A stretch of 64,000 bases of DNA from an uncultured virus (IMG/VR IMGVR_UViG_3300044611_001416) (Duplodnaviria > Heunggongvirae > Uroviricota > Caudoviricetes), in IMG/VR virus record IMGVR_UViG_3300044611_001416, one strand, 5' to 3'. The notes beneath the pieces are model-generated. The model did not search any database, was not told the DNA's origin, and saw only the letters and a program-made list of their open reading frames with translations. The first letter of the stretch is position 1; every line of letters starts with the position of its first letter. A program made the translations under genes and the position numbers. This document shows, one piece after another, positions 1 through 10,991 of the stretch.

Positions 1-81
1 TATTAATGGATGTAGTTGTTGTACGTTAATTATGCCAAATAAAGCGGTATAATAAAATAAAAATTAAGGATATTTATAAAC

Positions 82-2514
82 ATGACTTATATATTAAAAA
101 ATACATCGGGATTAATTAATACTAGATTAACAGACACTGGAAGACAAAAATTATCTCAAGGTAATTTTAACATCGAGTATTTTCAAATTGGTGACGGAGA
201 AGTTTCATATAACTCTTTACCAAGTTCATATAATCAAGCTAATACAAACATATTTGAACCTAATTTTAATTCACAAAATTCAGCACCAACACAATCAAAT
301 AAACAATATGTAAAATATCCTTATTATGTTGATGGTGTAACAGGTAATACTTATGGTATTCCTTATTCAGAACCTGTGGTTTCTCCTGTATATAACCGAG
401 CGGCAATGAGAGGATTTTTTACGGGAGACCTTAGTGCGACAACAATTAATTGGAGTGCAATTACAAATAGTTCTCATGTTATTAATTCTAATTATGTTGT
501 TGATATGTCAGTATTAACTGGCGGTACCACGATTATGTTAATTTATTCAGGTTGTAACACCAATATTGTTAGAATGCCTGCTATAGGTGATTTATTAACA
601 ATCTATTATGATGGTAATGGTGACCACAATTGTGCCTGTAGTACTTACCCAACGCCAAGCCCAACACCTTCACCAACCCCAACTCCAACCCCATCATATG
701 ACCCTTGTATCTTACCACCAACCCCAACTCCGTCACCAACATTTTGTCCAATAACACCGACACCAAATTGTGACCCTGTTGTGGAACCAGAATGTCTTAT
801 GGATATGAGTAGTTGTTACCCAATGATGACATATAAAATTGTCGATATTTGTTTAGGTGTTTACACATTAGATAGGCCAACACCTAATTTTTCAGGAAGT
901 TCAAATGTTTGTTATGCGAGAACTATCGTATATCCGCCAAATATGACATCACTTTATGATACACTAACACCATGTAAACATTGGAATGAGGATGTTATTA
1001 ATTTTGAGTCTGTTTGTTATACAGATGAGTTTGATGTTAAAATTTGGAATATGAATATTCCATGGTCGGAAAATCCTGCGGGGTTAATTCCGACAATAAA
1101 TGAAGGATTTGCGGATTTTGGTTCAGCGACATATATCGGGTCAAAAGAATATTTGGGTTATATGTCGAATAGTGGGCAGACTGACAGCAGTTCAGTATAC
1201 TACTACAACTCTTTCGATGAAAAAGTTACTGTACAACCAAAAGACCAAAAATCTATTGCCATTATTCACTATACAAATCAAAGTATTGATTTCTTTTATG
1301 GTGAAAAATTTGCATTAGAACCTTATGACCCTACGGCGCCTGCTAATACTATTGGGCAAGCAAGAAACTTTAGACTACATATTCCATGGCTTATGTGGCA
1401 TAAAAATCCTGAATGTTGTTTAGGTGAAACTTTTTGGGTTGACCCTCCAGGGTATGACGGATTAAATTTATTTCAAGTACAATACTTGAAATCTACTAAG
1501 AATGCGGATATGAATAACCCTGGTATGAGATACTACCAATTATGGGATACTAATACAAATGATGACGGGTTCCCAAGTAGAGTTGGTAAAGTTTTCCCTG
1601 ACCAAAAAATTATAGTGATTGATGATGAAGAGATTATTGCTGCTATGTCTTATAAATCAAATCGTAATTGGACTCTACCTTCACCAAAACTTACTTTAGT
1701 TGCACCAAATACATGTGGTACTGATAATACTTCATATATTGGTGTGTTAACAGGTGATACTGAGTATATGTATGTGACTTATAGAATTAGTAATACGATT
1801 AATTTTACTAATTCATTACATTGTAACTATTATACTAGAATACAAGGTCCAAATTTAACTTGTATACCAAGTGCGTCGCAAAACGTGTCAATTAGGTTTG
1901 GTCCGGAGTTTGGTTGTTTAAATCAACCAGATTATACACCAACAACTACAACAACTACAACTACAACAACATTATGTCCATCTGTTTGTTATACGCCACA
2001 AGGATTTTACGGTGATAAATTTGAAATTATATGTCAAAAAGTTATTGGTGATATTAGACCTGATTCGTCCGAGTGGAAAATAATCGATGTAACATCACAA
2101 TTAAGTGCAACAACCGTTGGAGGGTATATTACTCAAAACGGTATAACAGGTAATACATTTACTATTACTCAAGATGACTATGATAATGCACCTTATTACG
2201 ATTTAAATACATATATACCTCTAACCCCTGTTGGAAGCACTACACCATCTTTAAATTTTGGGGACGAATATTATTTCTATGGTTCGTTAGAAACGGATAT
2301 TCAAGCTACAATATATGAGATGAGGTATAAAATTAATTTAGGTGTTGCTGAATTTCAAGCAACTTCAAACCCAACATGGACTCAAGGGACTGACTCATAT
2401 ATAACTGATATTGGTCTTTACGATTCTGATAAGAATCTTATGATTATATCAAAGATGCAATCACCTGTTTTAAGACAAGGGATTCAACAGTTCCTGGTTA
2501 AATTTGATTTCTAA
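82..2514 (+). CDS. Putative virion structural protein (baseplate/tail-associated) with Pro/Thr linkers
   Basis: 810 aa, T/N/Y/C-rich. Contains PTPSPTP and poly-Thr tracts and a C-terminal ITDIGLYD...FLVKFDF motif typical of phage tail/baseplate proteins. TATTTATA immediately upstream. Confidence 0.6.
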   Translation: MTYILKNTSGLINTRLTDTGRQKLSQGNFNIEYFQIGDGEVSYNSLPSSYNQANTNIFEPNFNSQNSAPTQSNKQYVKYPYYVDGVTGNTYGIPYSEPVVSPVYNRAAMRGFFTGDLSATTINWSAITNSSHVINSNYVVDMSVLTGGTTIMLIYSGCNTNIVRMPAIGDLLTIYYDGNGDHNCACSTYPTPSPTPSPTPTPTPSYDPCILPPTPTPSPTFCPITPTPNCDPVVEPECLMDMSSCYPMMTYKIVDICLGVYTLDRPTPNFSGSSNVCYARTIVYPPNMTSLYDTLTPCKHWNEDVINFESVCYTDEFDVKIWNMNIPWSENPAGLIPTINEGFADFGSATYIGSKEYLGYMSNSGQTDSSSVYYYNSFDEKVTVQPKDQKSIAIIHYTNQSIDFFYGEKFALEPYDPTAPANTIGQARNFRLHIPWLMWHKNPECCLGETFWVDPPGYDGLNLFQVQYLKSTKNADMNNPGMRYYQLWDTNTNDDGFPSRVGKVFPDQKIIVIDDEEIIAAMSYKSNRNWTLPSPKLTLVAPNTCGTDNTSYIGVLTGDTEYMYVTYRISNTINFTNSLHCNYYTRIQGPNLTCIPSASQNVSIRFGPEFGCLNQPDYTPTTTTTTTTTTLCPSVCYTPQGFYGDKFEIICQKVIGDIRPDSSEWKIIDVTSQLSATTVGGYITQNGITGNTFTITQDDYDNAPYYDLNTYIPLTPVGSTTPSLNFGDEYYFYGSLETDIQATIYEMRYKINLGVAEFQATSNPTWTQGTDSYITDIGLYDSDKNLMIISKMQSPVLRQGIQQFLVKFDF

Positions 2515-2560
2515 TTTTAAGGTTGGATATAATCACTAAAACTTTTTTATAGAACAAAAA

Positions 2561-3163
2561 ATGATTAGAAATAAATTAAAAGAAAGTCCAAAAGTTTTAG
2601 GTCTTGATGTGTCAACTCGAACAATCGGTGTTGCATTATTTGATATACAAAGTAGAGAATTATTAGAATTAACTCACGTATCACCAGTTCCAAAACCAAA
2701 AGAAGAGTCTAAAATTAAGGAATTATTACTTAAGAGTGATATTTTTAGAAATAAGTTAATTGAATATAAAGACTTAGGTATTGTTAAGGTTATTATTGAA
2801 GAACCATTATTAAATTCAAATAATGTTTATACTATTAGTATTTTATTAAGATATAATACCTTAATTACTAAAGAAATTTATGATGTTTTAGGTATTGTAC
2901 CTGAATTTATATCCACCTATAATTCACGTAAGTTTGCTTACCCTGAATTAGTTAGAGAAAACAACAAAAATAAGTTTGTTTTATTTGGGGGATTCCCAAA
3001 AGACTGTGATAAAAAACAAATCATATGGGAACAAGTTGCTAAAAGAGAACCACAAATACAGTGGTTGTATACTCGAAACAATACATTAAAGAAAGAAAAC
3101 TTTGACCAAACAGACGCCTATACTTGTGTATTAGGTTATATGAGACAAGAAAAACTTTGGTAA
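2561..3163 (+). CDS. RuvC-like Holliday junction resolvase
   Basis: VLGLDVSTRTIG, IIEEP and C-terminal DQTDA acidic motifs of the RNase H/RuvC fold. Confidence 0.8.
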   Translation: MIRNKLKESPKVLGLDVSTRTIGVALFDIQSRELLELTHVSPVPKPKEESKIKELLLKSDIFRNKLIEYKDLGIVKVIIEEPLLNSNNVYTISILLRYNTLITKEIYDVLGIVPEFISTYNSRKFAYPELVRENNKNKFVLFGGFPKDCDKKQIIWEQVAKREPQIQWLYTRNNTLKKENFDQTDAYTCVLGYMRQEKLW

Positions 3164-3189
3164 TATCGTATAAATAACCGATAATATAG

Positions 3190-3220
3190 AATATCGTCTT
3201 TTTAGACGATATTTTTTTTT
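3190..3220. terminator. Intrinsic terminator hairpin between convergent genes
   Basis: AATATCGTCT-TTTT-AGACGATATT followed by a T run. Confidence 0.75.
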
Positions 3221-3240
3221 ACCTTAAAGTTTTGATTTAC

Positions 3241-6200
3241 TCAATTTTGAGCAGTAGTTGAGGTTATTATAATTGGAACACCACAGTTTGCGGTTGTTAC
3301 TGTAAAAGAATAGTTTATTTCAAAAACTTGGTCAATAGATAATACAGAGTTGTTGTATGAACCAATACTTAATTGAGCATTCGAAATAAATCCGGTACAA
3401 AATGATGAAGGTACCATTGCCTGTAAATAAACCGATACCACAGCACCTGTTTGAACTGAAAAAGTATTTGAATAGACACCAGCAGCTAAGCTAGATTGAA
3501 ACGTATATACTATAACACCATTAACTTTTATATTACCCGTTGTCCAAGAACAATAGGTTTTTGTGTGAGTGTAAGACATGGTACAAGGTTGTGGTGTTAC
3601 AGTTGTTGTTGTTGTTGTTGTTGGTGTTGCCGCCGCAGAACAAGCATTACAACTAGGGTATGTTGAGAAACCAGTGAAGTAATTACCAGACCAAGTAATT
3701 ACATTTGTGTTTGGGGAAAATTGTCCCGGTGAACATAAGGAAGAGCCAATAAATTTCCAACACACCCCTGTAGTAGGGTTACGTAAAACATTCCCAACAA
3801 TAGTTGTTGGTGTTGCCGGTACAGTTTGAACTAAGACCTGCAGGGTACTAGATGAATTGTTATTATTGTTAGTACAATCTGTAAACACATAATAAGTTAA
3901 ACATGGAGTTGGAGTTACGGTTGATGATGGTGTTGGAGGTAATCCTGATGTTACGGTAGGAGTTGGCGTTTGTGTTGGTGTTTGGGTTGGCGTATTTGTT
4001 GGTGTACTTGTTGGCGTAATAACACAGTTTAAACAATCACCTAAATTAGAAAAACCAAAAGGACCTGCAAGTAAATCCATTTGGTTAATACCTATGATAT
4101 CGTTGTTTACCCCAATATAACTCACACATTTTGACACACCATCAACAAGTGATTCAAAAACCATATATATTTCTATATCAAGACCTGGAGTTGGGTTCTC
4201 AAGGACACTTGTTGTATAATACATACTACCATTAAAACAGTCTTGGAATTGTTTACTTGATGGACATTTAATTAAGTCATTAACAGTATTAAATGTTACG
4301 TTTCCTAAAAAGTCACACGGTCTGTCAATTGCGGGTGTAGGTGTTGGTGTGGTTGTTACTGTAGGTGTTGGTGTTGGTGTAATAGAACTAATCGTTGCAT
4401 CAACACTAACATTTGAACATACATTTATTGGTGTCTGAGTAGGTGTCTGAGTAGGTGTTGGGGTCTGAGTAGGTGTTTGCGTTGGAGTAGGAGTAAAGTC
4501 ACAATCAAATAATGCCGTAAAGTCAACATCACACGGTAATGTAGGTGTTGGCGTTGGTGTAGGACAAATACCTGCAAGTAAATTGTCGTCACATAAATCA
4601 GGACAAATACTATAACAAGGTGATTTACCCGATAATAAACAAATACCACCTAAACTGGTCGATAAACACCATTGAGTGTTTGTCGTGTCATAATAAATAA
4701 ATAATGAATTTAATGTACCAACCCAATAAAAATTAATACCATAAGCACCAACTCTTACGTAGTTATCGTCCCATAAGACATTGCCCGTATCATATAAACA
4801 ATAGTTTATTACCGTACAAAAACCTACAGGTATTGATGTTTCAGTTGGTGTTGGCGTTGGTGTTTCAGTTGGTGTAGGAGTATTTGTTGGTGTTTGGGTT
4901 GGAGTTTCGGTTGGTGTAGGAGTATTTGTTGGTGTTTGGGTCAGCCCATTTGTTGGCGTATTTGTTGGTGTTTCAGTTGGTGTTGGTGTTTGGGTTGGTG
5001 TATTTGTTGGTGTTTCAGTTGGAGTATTTGTTGGAGTTTCAGTTGGTGTTTGGGTTGGTGTTTCAGTTGGTGTTGGTGTTGGTGTTTCATTTGGGGTTGG
5101 AGTATTTGTTGGTGTAGGTGTATTTGTTGGTGTTTCAGTTGGCGTATTTGTTGGTGTTTCAGTATTTGTTGGTGTATTTGTTGGTGTTTCAGTATTTGTT
5201 GGAGTATTTGTTGGAGTATTTGTTGGTGTTTCAGTTGGAGTATTTGTTGGAGTATTTGTTGGGGTATTTGTTGGTGTTTCAGTTGGCGTTGGTGTAACTG
5301 TTGGTGTTGGAGTATTTGTTGGAGTATTTGTTGGTGTAGGTGTATTTGTTGGTGTTTCAGTTGGCGTATTTGTTGGTGTTACAGTATTTGTTGGGGTAAC
5401 TGTTGATGTAGGTGTATTTGTTGGGGTATTTGTTGGGGTATTAGTCGGAGTTTGAGTCGGCGTTTGAGTCGGAGTATTTGTTGGAGTTACAGTATTTGTT
5501 GGAGTATTAGTTACAGTATTTGTTGGAGTATTTGTTGGAGTATTTGTTGGAGTATTTGTTGGTGTTTCAGTTGGAGTATTTGTTGGAGTTACAGTGTTTG
5601 TTGGAGTATTAGTTGGCGTAGATGTTGGAGTTTCAGTTGGGCTTGGTGTAGGAGTATTTGTTGGAGTTATTGTATTTGTTGGTGTTACAGTATTAGTTGG
5701 AGTATTAGTTGGAGTATTAGTCGGTGTATTAGTTGGTGTATTTGTTGGAGTTACAGTATTAGTTGGCGTTATTGTATTTGTTGGTGTTGAAGTATTTGTT
5801 GGAGTATTAGTTGGAGTTGTTGTTGGTGTTGGTGGAGGATTTGTTGAGGTAAGAGTTGGGGTGGGTGTTGGAGTTTCAGTTGGACTTGGTGTAGGAGTAT
5901 TTGTTGGAGTTACAGTATTTGTTGGTGTTGGTGTATTTGATGGTGTTGAAGTATTTGTTGGTGTTATTGTATTTGTTGGTGTTGATGTATTTGTTGGCGT
6001 TATTGTATTTGTTGGTGTTACAGTATTAGTTGGAGTATTAGTCGGCGTATTAGTCGGCGTATTAGTTGGAGTATTAGTTGGAGTTGGAGTTGGGGTTGGG
6101 GTTTGGGTTGGAGTGTTAGTTGGAGTTGGAGTTGGGGTAGGTGTTGGGCTAAGTGGTGGTGTACAATACCAACTTGGAGCATTACACATGTTTAGAGTAA

Positions 6201-6735
6201 CAGTTACAGTTGAATAAGTTGCGTTAGTTTTAACGTCATTAATATATAAATATGGAATTGGGTTTAGTATATTAACACACATGTTGAATGTACCAGGCAC
6301 CTCAAATGGGTATGATAAAGTTTCTCCAAGCTGACAATTATACATGTCAACAAATACTACTCCGTCAACTGCAGGGTCAGTATTACCTACGGCATCATTT
6401 AAGTCCTTAGAATCAATATAAATGTCAACACACGTACAAGTTGGTAATGGTATAATATTGGGACTTTGACATTTTGCCGTATGGTCGACCATACAAGCGG
6501 CACAACCACCTCCAGGTGTATACTCAAAATAGGTGTTAACACTATTATAGTGAGTCTCAACATAACCAGCAAGTTTGGCCTCCCAACATACATCATTTGT
6601 GTCATAATAAATTTTACCTGCAATAAACTCTGAGTTTGTAACTCCATCAATTGTTGGCGTACATGGCCTAATAATTACTGCATTGTTAAAACAACATCTT
6701 AAAAATACTGTATTACATTCTGGTATTTGCGGCAT
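3241..6735 (-). CDS. Mucin-like Pro/Thr-repeat protein with Cys-rich domains, probable virion fibre/decoration protein
   Basis: 1164 aa with about 440 aa of [12 protein letters not shown] repeats between Cys-rich domains. TATTTAT motif upstream at 6773-6779 (- strand). Confidence 0.7.
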   Translation of the reverse strand: MPQIPECNTVFLRCCFNNAVIIRPCTPTIDGVTNSEFIAGKIYYDTNDVCWEAKLAGYVETHYNSVNTYFEYTPGGGCAACMVDHTAKCQSPNIIPLPTCTCVDIYIDSKDLNDAVGNTDPAVDGVVFVDMYNCQLGETLSYPFEVPGTFNMCVNILNPIPYLYINDVKTNATYSTVTVTLNMCNAPSWYCTPPLSPTPTPTPTPTNTPTQTPTPTPTPTNTPTNTPTNTPTNTPTNTVTPTNTITPTNTSTPTNTITPTNTSTPSNTPTPTNTVTPTNTPTPSPTETPTPTPTLTSTNPPPTPTTTPTNTPTNTSTPTNTITPTNTVTPTNTPTNTPTNTPTNTPTNTVTPTNTITPTNTPTPSPTETPTSTPTNTPTNTVTPTNTPTETPTNTPTNTPTNTPTNTVTNTPTNTVTPTNTPTQTPTQTPTNTPTNTPTNTPTSTVTPTNTVTPTNTPTETPTNTPTPTNTPTNTPTPTVTPTPTETPTNTPTNTPTNTPTETPTNTPTNTPTNTETPTNTPTNTETPTNTPTETPTNTPTPTNTPTPNETPTPTPTETPTQTPTETPTNTPTETPTNTPTQTPTPTETPTNTPTNGLTQTPTNTPTPTETPTQTPTNTPTPTETPTPTPTETSIPVGFCTVINYCLYDTGNVLWDDNYVRVGAYGINFYWVGTLNSLFIYYDTTNTQWCLSTSLGGICLLSGKSPCYSICPDLCDDNLLAGICPTPTPTPTLPCDVDFTALFDCDFTPTPTQTPTQTPTPTQTPTQTPINVCSNVSVDATISSITPTPTPTVTTTPTPTPAIDRPCDFLGNVTFNTVNDLIKCPSSKQFQDCFNGSMYYTTSVLENPTPGLDIEIYMVFESLVDGVSKCVSYIGVNNDIIGINQMDLLAGPFGFSNLGDCLNCVITPTSTPTNTPTQTPTQTPTPTVTSGLPPTPSSTVTPTPCLTYYVFTDCTNNNNNSSSTLQVLVQTVPATPTTIVGNVLRNPTTGVCWKFIGSSLCSPGQFSPNTNVITWSGNYFTGFSTYPSCNACSAAATPTTTTTTTVTPQPCTMSYTHTKTYCSWTTGNIKVNGVIVYTFQSSLAAGVYSNTFSVQTGAVVSVYLQAMVPSSFCTGFISNAQLSIGSYNNSVLSIDQVFEINYSFTVTTANCGVPIIITSTTAQN
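4838..6148 (-). repeat. Coding tandem repeat of degenerate 6/12/18-nt units (TPTN-type)
   Basis: Repeated GGAGTATTTGTT / GGTGTTTCAGTT units on the + strand. Confidence 0.95.
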
Positions 6736-6925
6736 TTATTTTAGTTTTTTTGTTATATGGTTATCTCAGTCTATAAATACCTTTAAGGTTCTTTTTATTT
6801 TTAAAAAAAATTGTAATACAAATAACGTTTTTTACAAATTTCTCACTTAACCCAACGTAAATTTGTTGTATATTAATTAATTTCATATTCCATTCCTATA
6901 ATAGTATCAATTTAGGTTTTAATGG

Positions 6926-7141
6926 TTATAAACTTAAATAAGTGATAACTTCACAACTATTATTATCAATAACCTTTAGATTAAAACTTAACTGACTTCC
7001 CATAACTGACGGAATAACAAACGAGTATGGCGCCGAATTGATTGTGTCAATATAAATACATATTGTTATTGGGTCGTCACAAAGATAAATATCAAATGGA
7101 GATGCTCCTGTAATGTTGTTAATTGTTATATTTGTTGACAT
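6926..7141 (-). CDS. Small beta-rich hypothetical protein, possibly structural
   Basis: 71 aa. TATTTAT upstream at 7158-7164 (-). Same orientation as the PT-repeat gene. Confidence 0.6.
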   Translation of the reverse strand: MSTNITINNITGASPFDIYLCDDPITICIYIDTINSAPYSFVIPSVMGSQLSFNLKVIDNNSCEVITYLSL

Positions 7142-7226
7142 TGAGATTTCTTTTTAGATAAATATAATCAGAGCCAAAAACTTGTGAAGGTTGATTAACT
7201 TAATATTTTTAATTATTATGTGTTAT

Positions 7227-8129
7227 ATGTCAGACGATAAAGAAATTTTATTAGAATTACTTAGGGAAATCCTTGGTGATGAAAAACAACATTATGAGTC
7301 TAAAGGGCAAATCGCGTTCGACTGTGTAATATGTGATGAAGATAGACATAAAGGTAATTTAGAGGTTAACTACTTACATCACGTATATAAATGCTGGAGT
7401 TGTGGTGACGTTAATAATACTAAAGGACCTCTTGGTAAATTATTTGACCAATTTGGAAATAAAAAACAAAAAAAAGTCTATAAACTACTACAACCCGAAG
7501 AGTTTAAACCCAAAGAAGAAAAATTTCAAAAATTAAGACTACCTGAAAGTTTTACTTTATTTAAGGACTCAAGTACCGTTTATCCTGTTAGAAGACAAGC
7601 CTACAACTACTTAAAGAACCGTGGTATTGGTGATGATATTATTGAAAAATATGGTATTGGATTTTGTGATAATGGTTCCCATAAAGGTAGAATTATTGTA
7701 CCATCGTATGATAAGAAAGGTGAACTAACTTATTATATCGCAAGAAGTTGGGACCCAAACACACGAGCTAAATATAAAAATCCACAAGCGGAAAAAGATA
7801 AAATAATCTTCAACGAACACTTAATTGATTGGAAAAAAGATATATTTTTAGTTGAGGGTGTTTTTGACGGGTTTTTCCTACCAAATAGTATTGCAATGTT
7901 GGGTAAACATATGAGTGAATTATTATTTAACTCGTTATACAATAAAGCAAAAAAAAATATAATAATTTCATTGGATGGCGACGCTTGGGACAATTCAACT
8001 AGATTATACGAAGAATTAAACGGTGGTGGTCTATATGGTAAAATAAAACTATTAAAATTACCAAAAGATAAAGACGTTTGTGATTTAAAAGGTGAAATTA
8101 ACGACTATTATTATACTATGAAGTTTTAA
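7227..8129 (+). CDS. DNA primase (Zn finger + TOPRIM)
   Basis: CVIC...CWSC zinc-binding domain, YLKNRGI, VEGVFD and DGD TOPRIM motifs. ATG 7227 preferred over TTG 7191. Confidence 0.9.
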   Translation: MSDDKEILLELLREILGDEKQHYESKGQIAFDCVICDEDRHKGNLEVNYLHHVYKCWSCGDVNNTKGPLGKLFDQFGNKKQKKVYKLLQPEEFKPKEEKFQKLRLPESFTLFKDSSTVYPVRRQAYNYLKNRGIGDDIIEKYGIGFCDNGSHKGRIIVPSYDKKGELTYYIARSWDPNTRAKYKNPQAEKDKIIFNEHLIDWKKDIFLVEGVFDGFFLPNSIAMLGKHMSELLFNSLYNKAKKNIIISLDGDAWDNSTRLYEELNGGGLYGKIKLLKLPKDKDVCDLKGEINDYYYTMKF

Positions 8130-8130
8130 T

Positions 8131-8478
8131 ATGGAAATTGGTAAATTAATTAAAGTTAAAGTTGGTGATATCAAAGCTCCTGAATGTATTGTTTGGACGA
8201 CGGACAATTTAGATATGGTTGATGAAATTATTAAGAATTACGATGTGAATATTAGTGCTATTAAGATATCAAAAGATTTTAAACTCATTGATGGTGGTCA
8301 TCGACTTTGCATACTTTGGGAAGAATATGGGGATAAACATGAGATAATGGTTAGACAAGTTCCAATCAATCAATGGTTGTTTTATACCATATTATTTACG
8401 TTTTTACCAATATTATTTCCCGTGGGAATTGTTTTGAGGGTTTTAAAACAAAAAAAAAATAAAAAAAAATGGAATTAA
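8131..8478 (+). CDS. ParB/Srx-like domain protein with C-terminal transmembrane helix
   Basis: LIDGGHRL motif, then a hydrophobic segment and a basic tail. Confidence 0.55.
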   Translation: MEIGKLIKVKVGDIKAPECIVWTTDNLDMVDEIIKNYDVNISAIKISKDFKLIDGGHRLCILWEEYGDKHEIMVRQVPINQWLFYTILFTFLPILFPVGIVLRVLKQKKNKKKWN

Positions 8479-9329
8479 ATAAGATTGCGGAAGAAATTCG
8501 AGAGATTTTACAGAAAAGGAGAGATGAGTTAGATTTAACCTTTGTGGAGGACACTCACACATATTATATGAAGGATTTAGATGGTAATATCAAAGATGAT
8601 TACCCTTCGGTGAGTAAGGTTATGAAATATTTTTACGAGGAGTTTGATAGTGAAGGTATCTCTTTAAGAAAGGCTAAGGGTGACCTTGAAGTCCAACAAC
8701 AATTACTTGATGAGTGGAAAGCTGCTGGTGATTATTCTACAAACATGGGTAGTAGAGTACACTATTTGTTAGAGAAGAAACTTATAGAAATGTTTGGTAA
8801 TTACAAGGAAGTGCGACAACCAATTTTTGATTGTGACTTTACACAGATACTTAAAGGTGATTCAATGGTCTCGGCTGGAAGTGATTATTTAAATCTTATG
8901 ATTGAAAGAGGTGCGGTGTTATTAGATACTGAGATTGTGTTAGGTGACCCTGAATTAGGTTATACAGGACAACCTGATAAGGTGTGGTTAATCTTTAATA
9001 AAGAAATGACCGAGTTTGGTTTGATAATTACCGATTGGAAATCCAATAAACCTAAAAACTTTGAACAGACTCATTTTACGACAAAAATGAAATACCCATT
9101 TCAAAAACACCCAAACAATGCTTTAGGTCACTATTTCACACAATTACCATTCTATGGTAAATTGTTACTTAAAATGTTGAAGGGTACTAAATATGAAAAT
9201 ATTAAACTATACGGATGTATTGTTGTTTTAGTAAAAGAGATTGGTGAGTATGAGGAATTTAGAGTACCTAAAGAAGTAATTACAACTATTCTTGATATGG
9301 ATATGAAAAAATATTTGACTAAAAAATAA
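8469..9329 (+). CDS. PD-(D/E)XK exonuclease
   Basis: YPSVS, GSRVH, GQPD...ITDWKS and HYFTQL motifs. Confidence 0.8.
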   Translation: MELNKIAEEIREILQKRRDELDLTFVEDTHTYYMKDLDGNIKDDYPSVSKVMKYFYEEFDSEGISLRKAKGDLEVQQQLLDEWKAAGDYSTNMGSRVHYLLEKKLIEMFGNYKEVRQPIFDCDFTQILKGDSMVSAGSDYLNLMIERGAVLLDTEIVLGDPELGYTGQPDKVWLIFNKEMTEFGLIITDWKSNKPKNFEQTHFTTKMKYPFQKHPNNALGHYFTQLPFYGKLLLKMLKGTKYENIKLYGCIVVLVKEIGEYEEFRVPKEVITTILDMDMKKYLTKK

Positions 9330-9348
9330 AAAATAACTATATTTTATT

Positions 9349-9441
9349 ATGAAAAATAATATAACATTGGTATGGGTGCATACCACAACTTTGGATTATT
9401 TTATTCCAAATGGATTAACAATAAATTATATAATTAAATAA
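9349..9441 (+). CDS. Unlisted 30-aa ORF (MKNNITLVWVHTT...)
   Basis: Directly follows a TTGACT-N17-TATATT promoter and stops just before the next ATG. Confidence 0.45.
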   Translation: MKNNITLVWVHTTTLDYFIPNGLTINYIIK

Positions 9442-9442
9442 A

Positions 9443-9679
9443 ATGGAAGATATTTTAAAACCAAAAATTGACCTTAAAAAACAACCAACTGTTGAATGTG
9501 AAAAATGTTCCTCAAAATATTTTAAAGAAGTTGTTTTGATAAAAAAAGTTTCTAAACTAATGACTGGTAGTTTTGATGATACGTTAGTTCCATTCCCAAC
9601 ATACCGATGTGATGATTGTGGGCATGTTAATTCGGATTTTGTGTTATTTGACGAAGGTAATAATACTAATTTAGTTTAA
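9443..9679 (+). CDS. Zinc-ribbon protein
   Basis: CEKC...CDDCGH. Confidence 0.7.
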   Translation: MEDILKPKIDLKKQPTVECEKCSSKYFKEVVLIKKVSKLMTGSFDDTLVPFPTYRCDDCGHVNSDFVLFDEGNNTNLV

Positions 9680-9680
9680 G

Positions 9681-9902
9681 ATGGACTATAAAGAATTTTA
9701 CATTTGGTTAGATGGGTTTATGACAAATAGATGTTGGACAACAATTAAACAGATTGACATTCAAAGCATTCAAGATAAAATGAAAGAAGTTAAAGATGAT
9801 TTACCTAAATTAGGTGGTAATAAGTTATCTAATGAATTTATACCAAACGCGGCACCAACCAATCCTTTAAGAGATATGATTTGGGATATCCAAAAAAAAT
9901 AG
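9681..9902 (+). CDS. Hypothetical protein
   Basis: 73-aa ORF within the operon. Confidence 0.6.
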   Translation: MDYKEFYIWLDGFMTNRCWTTIKQIDIQSIQDKMKEVKDDLPKLGGNKLSNEFIPNAAPTNPLRDMIWDIQKK

Positions 9903-9906
9903 TAAT

Positions 9907-10245
9907 GTGATTATGATTGAAGATATTAAAGTTATACACCTTAAGAGTAATGCTCAACAACTTGAAACATGGATTGCCATGTTAAATGGTGAAATTATAG
10001 GCCACATATATATGGAACGAGAAGAAAGTAATAAAATAAAATTCTTAGATGCTTGGGTACATGAGGAACATAGACTAAAAGGTGTTTTTAGAATGTTGTG
10101 GGATACTAGATGGGAATATGTTAAAACTCGTTATAGTGGATATACAGTATATGCTTGGTGTAAACCAGGTTCATTACCATTATTAATTGAAAAAGGATTC
10201 ACTGAAGGTGAGACATCAACTTATGTTGAAAAAATAATAGAATAA
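9907..10245 (+). CDS. GNAT-family acetyltransferase
   Basis: WVHEEHRLKGVF resembles acetyl-CoA motif A; KGF near the C-terminus. Confidence 0.7.
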   Translation: MIMIEDIKVIHLKSNAQQLETWIAMLNGEIIGHIYMEREESNKIKFLDAWVHEEHRLKGVFRMLWDTRWEYVKTRYSGYTVYAWCKPGSLPLLIEKGFTEGETSTYVEKIIE

Positions 10246-10258
10246 ATAAATTAAAACT

Positions 10259-10594
10259 ATGAAAAACTTATTAACCATCATTGTTAGTACATCAATTCTT
10301 ATTGGAATATTTGCCGCCATTATCAATAATAGAGCGAATACCAAATTCAGTGGAGTAATAAAAGATAAAGAAAGAATAATTGATAGTCTTAAAAAAAACC
10401 CCCATGTAGACACTCTATGGTTATCATTACCTGAAGACTCCATTAAGGTTCAAATAGGAAAACAATTAAAAAAAATTCAATCTCAAAGGGATAGAAATCG
10501 GGCGTTGAAAGAATATATTATTTTTTTAGAAAATGATAACCAATTTTTAGGTAGTGTTCTTGCAGAGAAAGAATTAAAAGACGGTATCAAATAA
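10259..10594 (+). CDS. Membrane-anchored coiled-coil protein
   Basis: N-terminal hydrophobic helix. Confidence 0.6.
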   Translation: MKNLLTIIVSTSILIGIFAAIINNRANTKFSGVIKDKERIIDSLKKNPHVDTLWLSLPEDSIKVQIGKQLKKIQSQRDRNRALKEYIIFLENDNQFLGSVLAEKELKDGIK

Positions 10595-10620
10595 TAAATA
10601 AATTACTAAAAACATAAAAA

Positions 10621-10866
10621 ATGAAAAAAAGAACACTTAACGAGTTAAGACAAGAAAAAGAATTTGGTTACAAACCACCGGTAGATAAGAAAACAAAACC
10701 GGAACAAATTTTTGAGATTAAAATTACCATAACAGATGGAGAAAAAAAAATAAAATCAAAAATTAATGTTTCCGATTATAAAACATCAAAAGAATTACAT
10801 AACGTTAGTTTAGTTGATGAAACAGTGGCCGCTTTATTAGTTGAATTTGAAAATAATATCAAATAA
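10621..10866 (+). CDS. Hypothetical protein
   Basis: 81-aa ORF with an A-rich leader. Confidence 0.6.
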   Translation: MKKRTLNELRQEKEFGYKPPVDKKTKPEQIFEIKITITDGEKKIKSKINVSDYKTSKELHNVSLVDETVAALLVEFENNIK

Positions 10867-10991
10867 TAGAAGTAAAAATGATTGATATGTTATATAGATT
10901 AAGATATAAATTATTAAAATATGTGTTGTATAATCAACGTAAGATTGATAAAACAACAAAGATTACCCTAAACGATTAAACTTAATTTAAA

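Noticed and set aside
4838..6217. Repeat tract as a CRISPR array, and the plus-strand ORFs (4894, 4926, 5452, 5594) as genes
   Set aside because: There are no unique spacers. The tract is the coding PT repeat of the minus-strand gene, and the plus-strand ORFs are its stop-free shadows.
8469..9329. Cas4 or another CRISPR-associated nuclease
   Set aside because: It lacks the Fe-S cysteine cluster and there are no cas genes or array nearby. It fits an ordinary phage PD-(D/E)XK exonuclease.
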